DNA of 37,336 bases from an uncultured bacterium. Lineage in GTDB: Bacteria; Bacillota; Clostridia; TANB77; CAG-508. The DNA lies in contig CAJMQM010000002.1 in assembly GCA_905215615.1 (NCBI GenBank), positions 1 through 37,336 on the forward strand. The letters are read 5' to 3'. Positions 18,437 through 27,036 of this stretch are shown one piece after another (the stretch's first letter is position 1; each line of letters begins with the position of its first letter). Position numbers and translations under genes: made by a program. Under the pieces are notes generated by a model. That model saw only the letters and a program-made list of their open reading frames with translations. It did not search any database and was not told the DNA's origin.

Positions 18437-19264
18437 ATGGCTATTAAAATTTTAGAAAAATTTATTCTTGGAAAGAAAAATAATCCAGATTTGTGTGAAG
18501 ATGGTTTAGTAATAATAAACAATTATATTTCTATTATTGATGGAGTTACTTCTAAGGGAAATATATTGTGGAATAATAAGCCTAGTGGTGTATATGCAAA
18601 AGAAATATTAACTGAAGCTATTAAAAATATGTCAGATAATTTAACAGCAGAAGAAGCAATAAATTATTTAAACTTAGAAATTGAAAAAGAATATGAAAAA
18701 CATAATATTTACGAATATGTAAAAGAAAATCCAGAAGAGAGAATTCAGGCAAATTTAGTTATATTTAGCATAAAAAGAAATGAAATCTGGGCTTTTGGAG
18801 ATTGCCAAATGTTAATTAATAATAAATATTTCCATGAAGAAAAGAAAATAGATAAAATATTATCAGATGTTAGAAGTTTATTTGTAGATTTAGAACTAAA
18901 AAATGGAAAAACTATAGAAGAACTTAGAAGAGAAGATTCAGGAAGAGAATACATATTACCTTTACTAAAGCAAAGTATAAAATATAATAATAGTATAGGA
19001 GAATATGGCTACAATGTTTTAGATGGTTTTAAAATAATTACTGAGAGAGTAACTAAAATTAGTGTAAATAAAAAAGATATAGTAATATTAGCAAGTGACG
19101 GTTACCCAATATTAATGAATACATTAAAAGAAAGTGAGGAAAAACTAGAAGAAATACTAAATAAAGACCCTTTACTTGTAAATATGTATAAGTCAACTAA
19201 AGGATTACAAGAAGGAAATGTATCATATGATGATAGAGCATATATAAAATTTATTATAGAATAA
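18437..19264 (+). CDS. PP2C-like (SpoIIE/PP2C_2-type) phosphatase-fold protein
   Basis: Ordered motifs CED, IIDGVTSKG, FGDCQ, LASDGY and YDDRAYI parallel the PP2C blocks NED, DGMGG, GDSR, CSDG and DN-I. 275 aa. Begins 8 nt after the previous gene. Confidence 0.55.
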   Translation: MAIKILEKFILGKKNNPDLCEDGLVIINNYISIIDGVTSKGNILWNNKPSGVYAKEILTEAIKNMSDNLTAEEAINYLNLEIEKEYEKHNIYEYVKENPEERIQANLVIFSIKRNEIWAFGDCQMLINNKYFHEEKKIDKILSDVRSLFVDLELKNGKTIEELRREDSGREYILPLLKQSIKYNNSIGEYGYNVLDGFKIITERVTKISVNKKDIVILASDGYPILMNTLKESEEKLEEILNKDPLLVNMYKSTKGLQEGNVSYDDRAYIKFIIE

Positions 19265-19268
19265 ATAG

Positions 19269-19315
19269 CTTTTGATTTTAATAAGCATAGTTTATTAAAA
19301 TCAGAAGTTTTTTTA
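19269..19315 (+). terminator. Strong terminator ending the three-gene operon
   Basis: 16-bp stem cttttgattttaataa / ttattaaaatcagaag followed by ttttttt. Confidence 0.8.
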
Positions 19316-19431
19316 TATTGTAAAGTAATTATTCAGTCCATTTAAGACAAAAAACTTGTAATATAGCAATGTTTAACACTTTAAAAGTGCTAAACATTTA
19401 TATTGTAAACTTGTTACTCCTGTTGTAAATA

Positions 19432-19460
19432 TTGATTTTTAGGGCTTTTTGTGGTAAAAT
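19432..19460 (+). promoter_or_regulatory. Sigma-A promoter for uvrC (TTGATT-17-TAAAAT)
   Basis: ttgatt 19432-19437, 17-nt spacer, taaaat 19455-19460. It overlaps the listed GTG start at 19451, which argues for the downstream ATG. Confidence 0.55.
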
Positions 19461-19489
19461 ATAAAAGTATTTTATATGAGGTAAAAATA

Positions 19490-21313
19490 ATGTTTGATAT
19501 AGAAGAAGAACTAAAAAAATTGCCTAGCAAACCTGGTGTTTATATAATGCATGACAAAAATGATAAAATTATTTATGTTGGTAAAGCAGTCTCATTAAAA
19601 AATAGGGTAAGGCAATATTTTAGAAAAAACAACAAAACAAAAAGAATAGAGAATATGGTTTCATTGATAGACCATTTTGAATATATAGTAACAGACAATG
19701 AGGCAGAAGCTTTAATATTAGAGTGTAATCTAATAAAAAAGAATATGCCTAAATTTAACGTACTTTTAAAAGATGATAAAACATACCCATATATAAAAGT
19801 AAATATTAAATCAGATTATCCAGATGTATATATAACAAGAAGAATATTAAATGATGGAGCAAAATATTTTGGACCATATGCAAATGCAGGTAGTGCAAAA
19901 GAAATGGTAGATTTTATAAAAACAAAATTTAAAATTAGGCAATGTAAAACTTTTAAATATAAAGACAGACCGTGTTTAAACTATCATATAAAAAAATGTA
20001 TGGCACCATGTATGGGGTATATAAGCAAAGAAGAATACAGAGAGCAAATAAACCAAATTATAGATTTATTAGATGGAAAAACAGATAAAATTATAAAACA
20101 GTTAAAACAAGAAATGGAAGAAGCTTCTGAGAAATATGAGTACGAAAAAGCAGCATATATTAGAGATAAAATTTTAGCAATAGAAAATATAAGTAAAAGG
20201 CAAAAAGTTTCTAATTTAACTGAGAACGATATAGATGTAATAGGAATAGCGAAAAGTAGCTATCAGGTTTGCGTAGAAATGTTTTTTATAAGAAACAGCA
20301 AAATGATAGGAAGAAAACATTATTTTTTAGCAAATATGCAGGATGAGGAAGATAGCGAAATTTTATCAAGTTTTATTAAGCAATATTATATAAATAGTCC
20401 AATTTTGCCACATAAAATTATGATAAAAGAAAATATAGAAGATAAAGAAATAATAGAAAAATCTTTAAGCGAAAGAATAGGAAGAAAAGTAGAAATAAAA
20501 GCACCTCAAAAGGGCGAAAAATTAAGATTAGTAGAAATGGCAGAAAATAATGCTAAAATAACTCTCGAAAATAAAGAAAAAGATAAAACATTAATACTTA
20601 CTGAGTTAAAGCAAGTTTTAAATATGGAAAAGATACCTAGAAAAATCGAGTGTTTCGATATTTCAAACATATCTGGAACAAATGTAGTAGCAGGTATGTG
20701 TGTTATGCAAGATGGTATAATTAAAAAGAACTTATCAAGAAGATTTAAAATAAAAACTGTAATAGGTCAAGATGACCCAGCTTGCATGAAGGAAGTTGTA
20801 ACAAGAAGACTTAAACACTCTATAGAAAATCCAAATGGCGGTTTTGGAGCTTTACCAGATGTTATTTTTGCAGATGGTGGAATTACACAAATAAGAGCAA
20901 TAAAACAGGCAATACAAGGTGTGGAAATGTGGATAAAAGAAGAAAAAAATAGTACTATAAAATTAAATATACCAGTTTTTGGTATGGTTAAAGATGATAC
21001 ACACTCAACTAGGGCATTAATAGATGAGGCAAGAAATGAAATTCCATTATCAGAAAAACTTATGAATTTAATTACAAATTTTCAAGATGAAGTTCATAAT
21101 ACTGCAATAAGTTATCACAGAAAATTAAGAGACAAAGAAATTACTAAATCTGAACTTGACGAGATAAGTGGTATAGGAGAAGCAAAGAAAAAGGAACTTT
21201 TAAAACATTTTGGAAGTATAAAGAAAATAAAAGAGGCAGATATAGAAGAAATTGCAACATTAAAGGGAATAAATACAGAATTAGCTAAAAAAATAAAAGA
21301 TAAGCTAAATTAA
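19490..21313 (+). CDS. uvrC: Excinuclease ABC subunit C
   Basis: GIY-YIG N-terminus (PGVYIMHDKNDKIIYVGKA), UVR domain, endonuclease V-like domain and C-terminal (HhH)2. Start placed at the ATG at 19490, with gaggt 7 nt upstream. Confidence 0.93.
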   Translation: MFDIEEELKKLPSKPGVYIMHDKNDKIIYVGKAVSLKNRVRQYFRKNNKTKRIENMVSLIDHFEYIVTDNEAEALILECNLIKKNMPKFNVLLKDDKTYPYIKVNIKSDYPDVYITRRILNDGAKYFGPYANAGSAKEMVDFIKTKFKIRQCKTFKYKDRPCLNYHIKKCMAPCMGYISKEEYREQINQIIDLLDGKTDKIIKQLKQEMEEASEKYEYEKAAYIRDKILAIENISKRQKVSNLTENDIDVIGIAKSSYQVCVEMFFIRNSKMIGRKHYFLANMQDEEDSEILSSFIKQYYINSPILPHKIMIKENIEDKEIIEKSLSERIGRKVEIKAPQKGEKLRLVEMAENNAKITLENKEKDKTLILTELKQVLNMEKIPRKIECFDISNISGTNVVAGMCVMQDGIIKKNLSRRFKIKTVIGQDDPACMKEVVTRRLKHSIENPNGGFGALPDVIFADGGITQIRAIKQAIQGVEMWIKEEKNSTIKLNIPVFGMVKDDTHSTRALIDEARNEIPLSEKLMNLITNFQDEVHNTAISYHRKLRDKEITKSELDEISGIGEAKKKELLKHFGSIKKIKEADIEEIATLKGINTELAKKIKDKLN

Positions 21314-21428
21314 TAGGCTAATATGTAATACGGTTTTATGCATAAAAATAGTTATAGTCTCATATATAATAATAAGCAAATAAAAATGGGTAATTTTGCT
21401 TGATAATTATTATAGGGGGAATTTAATT

Positions 21429-21629
21429 ATGGAGTATGCAAAAGATGTTTTTTTTAATTTAAAATGTGAAAGTACACGAAAGGTACATAGGACAAACCTA
21501 ATAACAAGAGGAATTTTAAAAGCTAAAAGGCATAAAGTAATAATTTCAATAATTATTTTAACAGCATTAATGATATGTCTAGACTGTTTTTTAATAGCAA
21601 ACTTTGTAAATGTACTAAGTAGTTTATAA
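21429..21629 (+). CDS. Small hypothetical membrane protein (66 aa)
   Basis: The ATG at 21429 follows RBS aggggga. One C-terminal hydrophobic segment (VIISIIILTALMICLDCFLIANFV). No recognisable family. Confidence 0.35.
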   Translation: MEYAKDVFFNLKCESTRKVHRTNLITRGILKAKRHKVIISIIILTALMICLDCFLIANFVNVLSSL

Positions 21630-21786
21630 ATATAGCTAAAATTTGGAAATATAAATTAAACAAATATACTTTAAGTGTAGAGCATTAATGAAATAAAAAA
21701 GCAAAATATTTTTAATAGATGCAACTTAAGAATATTAAAATTTTATAAAAGGAGAAAAGCTAGTTTAACTCTAGTGAAAATGAATT

Positions 21787-22647
21787 ATGGAAGTAGCAAA
21801 AAATTGGAAAGATTACGAAATATTAGATATGGCAAATGGGGAGAAATTAGAAAGATGGGGAAATATATATTTAATTAGACCAGACCCACAAATAATATGG
21901 AAAAACAAAACATACCCTAATAAATGGAAAATGGCAAATGCTAGGTATAGCAGAAGTTCTACTGGAGGGGGAAGCTGGAATTATTTAAAAAAATTACCAG
22001 ATAATTGGCAAGTAAAATATAAAGATTTAACATTTAATATAAAACCTATGGGATTTAAACATACTGGTTTATTTCCGGAGCAAGCAGTAAACTGGGACTG
22101 GATGATTAATAAAATAAGAAATGCTAATAGAGAAATAAAGGTATTAAACTTATTTGCATATACTGGTGGTGCAACAGTGGCTTGTAGTTATGCAGGTGCT
22201 TCTGTATGCCATGTAGATAGCTCAAAAGGTATGGTAGCATGGGCAAAAGAAAATATAGTTTCATCAGGTTTAAAAGAAAGACCTGTTAGATTTATAGTAG
22301 ATGATGTTGTTAAATTTGTTAATAGAGAAATAAGAAGGGGAAATAAATATGATGCTATTATAATGGACCCACCTTCATATGGTAGAGGAACAAATGGAGA
22401 GGTTTGGAAATTTGAGGAAAACATTGGAGACTTAGTAGAGCTTTGTACAAAAGTTTTATCAGATAAACCACTATTCTTTTTAATAAATTCATATACAACT
22501 GGAATATCTAGTATGGTATTAGAAAACATATTAAGATTATCAATAAATAAGAAGGAAAAATTAAGTTGCGGAGAGATTGGAATTCCTATGGCAGAATCAA
22601 GCTTAATTTTACCATGTGGAATTTATGCAAGATATGAAGGAGAATAG
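21787..22647 (+). CDS. Class I SAM-dependent methyltransferase (RlmI/RlmK C-terminal-domain-like)
   Basis: VLNLFAYTGG (motif I) and IIMDPPSYGRG (motif IV, DPPxY/F) resemble the RlmI/YccW-type rRNA methyltransferase catalytic domain. 286 aa. Confidence 0.7.
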   Translation: MEVAKNWKDYEILDMANGEKLERWGNIYLIRPDPQIIWKNKTYPNKWKMANARYSRSSTGGGSWNYLKKLPDNWQVKYKDLTFNIKPMGFKHTGLFPEQAVNWDWMINKIRNANREIKVLNLFAYTGGATVACSYAGASVCHVDSSKGMVAWAKENIVSSGLKERPVRFIVDDVVKFVNREIRRGNKYDAIIMDPPSYGRGTNGEVWKFEENIGDLVELCTKVLSDKPLFFLINSYTTGISSMVLENILRLSINKKEKLSCGEIGIPMAESSLILPCGIYARYEGE

Positions 22648-22709
22648 TTACTTAAATTGGATATGAAAAATATAATAAATATTGATAGTAATAATATAAG
22701 GAGAAAAAA

Positions 22710-23394
22710 TTGAACAAGCTTAAAGTAATATATGAGGACAATCATATAATTGTAGTAGAAAAACCTGTAAATATACCATCTCAAGGAGATAAAACAGGGG
22801 ATGTAGATATGCTTACAATTATAAAAGAATATTTAAAAGAAAAGTATAATAAACCAGGAAATGTGTATCTTGGTTTGGTACATAGGTTAGATAGACCAGT
22901 TGGTGGAGTAATGGTATTTGCTAAAACTTCAAAAGCAGCTGCAAGACTAAGTGAGCAAGTAAGAGAAAAGGTATTTCAAAAAACATATTTAGTTATAGCA
23001 AACGGAAAATTTGAAGAAGAGAAGCGGAACATTTGAAGATTACTTAATAAAAAATGAAAAAAATAATATAAGTAAAGTAACAAATGACAGTAAGAAAGGA
23101 AAACTTGCTAGTTTAGATTATGAAGTTCTAAAATATAATGAAGAATTAAACCTTTCAGTGGCAAAAATAAATTTACATACAGGAAGACACCATCAGATAA
23201 GAGTTCAGTTATCTAGCAGAAACCATAGTATATATGGAGACCAAAAATATGGTGGAAGAGGTCATGGTAAACAAATAGCGCTTTGGGCATATAAATTAAA
23301 AATTGTTCATCCTACAACTAAAAAAGAAATGGAGTTTAAATCAGTACCAGAAAAAATAGGCAGTTGGAAAATTTTAGAAGATATAGACTTGTAG
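22710..23394 (+). pseudogene. RluA-family pseudouridine synthase interrupted by a +1 frame break near 23000-23036
   Basis: ORF 22710..23036 carries the HRLDRPVGG catalytic motif. ORF 23011..23394 carries the rest (SGTFEDYL..., HTGRHHQIRVQL). The two halves are contiguous homologues of one ~225-aa protein in adjacent frames. Confidence 0.75.
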
Positions 23395-23507
23395 AAAAAT
23401 GGCAAAATACTTACATTACAGTTAGTTTGATGTAGAATTATAAAACAAAGATAATATAGAATAAAAAAATAATAAGTAAAAATGAATTTACAAAAACTAT
23501 TTAAAAT

Positions 23508-23548
23508 TATATGAAAGCTAAAAAATAGGTTTTTCATATAATTTTTTT
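23508..23548 (+). terminator. Terminator after the rluA-like gene
   Basis: Perfect 9-bp stem tatatgaaa / tttcatata followed by ttttttt. Confidence 0.65.
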
Positions 23549-23622
23549 GCGTTTTTATATAACTTATATGGAGAATAAAGTTGAAAGATGTATTATTATG
23601 TCAGAGCAAATGAGGTGAGCAA

Positions 23623-24252
23623 ATGATAGATAAATTTTGCGACTATATAACAAAAAAGATTAAAGAAAAAAATCCAGATATGGACGAAGAAAGAACATTA
23701 GTTGTAGATTTTGGAGTAAGACTAATATTTGGAGAACTACCTAAAATTTTATTATTATTCATAATTGGATTTGCATTAGGAATAGGGTGGTATACCTTAC
23801 TAGCATTTTTGTTATTATGTCCATACAGAAGCTTCACAGGAGGATTTCATTTAAAAACTCATTTGGGTTGTATGTTATGTACTGTAATTTTATATTGTGG
23901 ACCAGTAATTTTAGCTAAATATGTAACCATAGAACCACAATATGTAAAGTATATAGTTACATCAATTATAGGAGTAATTGGAATAGCATTAATTTTAAAA
24001 TATGCTCCAGCAGATACAGAAGCAATACCTATAATTAGTAAAAAAGAAAGAAAACGCAAAAAGATAAGTGGAATTGTATCTTTATTAATATTACTTACAA
24101 TAATAGTTTTGGTACCAAATAAAATTATTTCAAACATGTTAATTTATGGGGTAATTTTACAAACTTTAACTATTACAAAAACAGCATATAAACTTACAAA
24201 TAATAAATATGGACATGAAGAATACGAAAAGGAGCAGGAAATAGCTGCATAA
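23623..24252 (+). CDS. agrB: Accessory gene regulator protein B (AgrB), the AIP-processing membrane peptidase
   Basis: 209 aa polytopic protein. The conserved region PYRSFTGGFHLKTHLGC matches the AgrB R..(T/S)GG.H catalytic block. An AgrD-like ORF follows. Confidence 0.85.
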   Translation: MIDKFCDYITKKIKEKNPDMDEERTLVVDFGVRLIFGELPKILLLFIIGFALGIGWYTLLAFLLLCPYRSFTGGFHLKTHLGCMLCTVILYCGPVILAKYVTIEPQYVKYIVTSIIGVIGIALILKYAPADTEAIPIISKKERKRKKISGIVSLLILLTIIVLVPNKIISNMLIYGVILQTLTITKTAYKLTNNKYGHEEYEKEQEIAA

Positions 24253-24317
24253 TAATTGATAATAAACATTGCCGGCAGATGTTTTATTATAGATAATTTT
24301 TTAAGGAGGAAAGAAAC

Positions 24318-24437
24318 ATGTTAAAAATGTTAGCTAAAATTGCAGAAAAATATGCAAAATCTACAAACACAGCATGCTGGATATTAGGAATATTACATCA
24401 ACCAAAAATGCCAGCATCATTAATAAAAAAAGATTAG
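24318..24437 (+). CDS. agrD: AgrD autoinducing-peptide precursor (39 aa), absent from the ORF track
   Basis: aaggagg RBS lies 7 nt upstream. Translation: MLKMLAKIAEKYAKSTNTACWILGILHQPKMPASLIKKD. It has an amphipathic leader, a single Cys and a conserved HQPKMP tail, as in clostridial AgrD peptides. Confidence 0.75.
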   Translation: MLKMLAKIAEKYAKSTNTACWILGILHQPKMPASLIKKD

Positions 24438-24471
24438 AAATTAATTCCTTAATAAAAATATTTTTTCGACA

Positions 24472-24504
24472 AAAGCCTCTTTTATAAAATATAAAAGAGG
24501 CTTT
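24472..24504. terminator. Bidirectional terminator between agrD and the convergent kinase gene
   Basis: Perfect 13-bp stem aaagcctctttta / taaaagaggcttt. Confidence 0.7.
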
Positions 24505-24532
24505 AATAAATTTAGTATATTAAAAATCAATG

Positions 24533-25888
24533 TTATATATAAATTTCAAGTTGTTGTATAAAATATTCGGAATTTTTAGTAGTAAATAAATTTAAATTAT
24601 TATTTCTTTTTAATATTTTTCTTACTTCATATAATCCAAGTCCATGGTTTTCTTTATCACCTTTAGATGTGTAGTTCTTCTCATAAATTTTATCTAAATC
24701 CACATTTTTGTTTTTATAAGTATTTTCTACTATAACTAGTAATCTTTTTCTTCTAACTTCTTTTCTAAAAAATACATTTATTTCTTTTTTATCACACTCT
24801 TTTGCAGCTTCAATAGCATTATCTAATAAAATACCAAACATCCTTACAAATTCATATATTTTCATATGTTCTTCAATTTCATTTAAGTTTAAGAAAGATT
24901 CTATGTTCATTTTTACATTATTTTCATTAGCTCTATAATATTTAGAAGATAGAGTATTGTAAATAGCAGGATTATTAATTACATTTGGATCTAACGAAGA
25001 TAATGTTACTACAATTTTACAATCTTCTAACAAATCTTTATAATATTTTTGTAATCCATCTATATCTTTTCTATCTATGTAACCACCAATACTTTGAATT
25101 ATGTTATTAAAATCATGTTTAAAAGTTCTTAAATTATCATGCATATCTTTTAATTCTTTATTATGCCATTTTTCTACTTCTAAATCTCTAGTTTTAGTTT
25201 CTAATTTTGTTACATTTAACATTGAGTATAAGCTTAAGAAAAAATAACCTGCTAAACCTATTATACTTATTAAAGTTATAATAACTGGCAATGTATCACT
25301 ATAATAGCTAATTAAATATAATTGTGTACCAATTACACATAAACCTAGAATTGCAGTTACAATAAATAAAATTTTGTTTTTCCTACTTAAAATGTCTAGA
25401 TTAATATTAAACTTTACATATTTTATTAGTCTATAAATTAAATATAATATTAGGTATATAGACAAAGTTGATATAAATCTATAAACTGGAATATTCATTA
25501 AACTATTATAGTCCAAATTAAATATTTTTAAATAGAACTTAAACATAAATAATTCTAAAACAGACATAATAAATATTGGTATGAATATTGAAAATAAAGC
25601 TTTAACAAGACTAGTTTTAAATATAACGATAATCAAAATTAACATGTAAATCATATTTAAAATTGTGCCTAATGGGTCTGGTAAGAAAATTCTTAACATA
25701 AAAGCTACAAGCGATAATGCTACTACATATATTATTTTGCTACGCTTACAAGTTTTAATATTTAGTAATGTAGTAAATAAACACATATTAACATATGCTT
25801 CAATAAAACATAAGAAAAATCCACTTATGTTTATTAATAATTCATTTGGTGTGCTTATTGAATTCCAAATTGTTTGAAAAATGTTCAT
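24533..25888 (-). CDS. AgrC-like (HPK10 family) sensor histidine kinase
   Basis: N-terminal ~200 aa with 6-7 hydrophobic segments. H-box FKHDFNNII, N-box LLDNAIEA and G-box HGLGLYEV. RBS ggagg lies 9 nt upstream, inside the end of the regulator gene. Confidence 0.8.
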   Translation of the reverse strand: MNIFQTIWNSISTPNELLINISGFFLCFIEAYVNMCLFTTLLNIKTCKRSKIIYVVALSLVAFMLRIFLPDPLGTILNMIYMLILIIVIFKTSLVKALFSIFIPIFIMSVLELFMFKFYLKIFNLDYNSLMNIPVYRFISTLSIYLILYLIYRLIKYVKFNINLDILSRKNKILFIVTAILGLCVIGTQLYLISYYSDTLPVIITLISIIGLAGYFFLSLYSMLNVTKLETKTRDLEVEKWHNKELKDMHDNLRTFKHDFNNIIQSIGGYIDRKDIDGLQKYYKDLLEDCKIVVTLSSLDPNVINNPAIYNTLSSKYYRANENNVKMNIESFLNLNEIEEHMKIYEFVRMFGILLDNAIEAAKECDKKEINVFFRKEVRRKRLLVIVENTYKNKNVDLDKIYEKNYTSKGDKENHGLGLYEVRKILKRNNNLNLFTTKNSEYFIQQLEIYI

Positions 25889-26588
25889 TTTTGAAAACCT
25901 CCATAAAATTGTTTTTATATTTTGGACCTATATAACATTTATTTTCTTGGCTGTTATTAAGGTATATAGTATTTGTTTTTACATTAATATCTGTTATTTT
26001 GTCTGTATTAACAATATAAGATTTATGACATCTTATAAAATTTTTAGGTAAGTTTGTAGAAATTTTAAGGAAAGAACTGTAAGTATCATAATCTCTAGTG
26101 TCTGTATGAAAAATAATTTTCATACCTTCCTTTTTTATATATTGTATAGTGTCTTGCTTAATAATTGTTTTATTATTATCAAGCCTTATATAACTGCTAA
26201 TGTTACCATGAATATCATCTAATAATCTTATAATAGTATCTTCCAGCCTTTCAGAAGTAAGTGGTTTAGGTAAATAATCAAAAGTTTTATATTTATAAGC
26301 TACCAAACCATATTCTAAATGTGCTGTAGAAAATATAATATAAATATTTTTATCTTTTTTTCTAATTTGTTCAGCAACGTCTAATCCTGATATATTCGAT
26401 TTTAAATCAATATCAAGTATTAAAACATTTGGAGAATTTTCATCTAAATATTTTATTAAGTCATTTGGATTAGTTGTTTTATATGAAATGCAAGCTTCAA
26501 TGTCATGTTTTATGAAAATAGACTCCAAAAGCTTGGATAATCTATCTAAAATTATAGAATTATCATCACATAAAGCAAAATTCAACAT
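25842..26588 (-). CDS. LytTR-family response regulator (AgrA-like)
   Basis: Receiver domain (CDDN..., LDIDL phospho-acceptor region) plus a C-terminal LytTR DNA-binding domain (FIRCHKSYIVN). 248 aa. Its 3' end overlaps the kinase start by 47 nt. Confidence 0.85.
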   Translation of the reverse strand: MLNFALCDDNSIILDRLSKLLESIFIKHDIEACISYKTTNPNDLIKYLDENSPNVLILDIDLKSNISGLDVAEQIRKKDKNIYIIFSTAHLEYGLVAYKYKTFDYLPKPLTSERLEDTIIRLLDDIHGNISSYIRLDNNKTIIKQDTIQYIKKEGMKIIFHTDTRDYDTYSSFLKISTNLPKNFIRCHKSYIVNTDKITDINVKTNTIYLNNSQENKCYIGPKYKNNFMEVFKNEHFSNNLEFNKHTK

Positions 26589-27036
26589 ATATTTACCCCC
26601 ATCTATTTATAATAAGTACATATAAATTAGACACAAAAAAATAAAGATATAATTATATAAAAATAATTTCCAATAATATCCAGTGACTATTTTACTATAA
26701 TCTAAAATTTAAATCTTGTCAAGAAAATTATTAAAATAAATATAAAAAAATGTCGAAACGTGGCAACTATTGAAAAACGTGGACAAAATAAAAAGAAAAA
26801 GCAAAAAATAAGTAAAAAAGTTCCTATTTTATTGCTTGATTTATAAAATTTTTTATAAAAAAATAAGGCAAATATTTAATATAAACTAAAAGGTAAAAAT
26901 TTACAAAATGCTAATAATACAGAATAAATTTTTAAGTATAAAAGATATTTTTAGCTTATTACAAACACACAACTATAAAAAATAGTTATTTTTTTACTAC
27001 ATATTTCATAACATTAAATAAAACAAAATTATAAAT

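Noticed and set aside
19316-19489. LexA/DinR SOS box upstream of uvrC
   Set aside because: No GAAC-N4-GTTC-type palindrome is present. The 12-bp hairpin atgtttaacact/agtgctaaacat does not match the Firmicute LexA consensus.
22990-23040. Programmed ribosomal frameshift in the rluA-like gene
   Set aside because: The required shift is +1. There is no prfB-like stop or SD stimulator and no slippery P-site re-pairing option. A one-base indel in the A4T3 run is the simpler explanation.
23395-23450. AgrA-type LytTR box (acagttagt) upstream of agrB
   Set aside because: Only a single 9-mer resembles the staphylococcal ACAGTTAAG box. No second repeat occurs at the expected ~21-bp spacing, and the site lies upstream of the rluA-like terminator rather than next to agrB.
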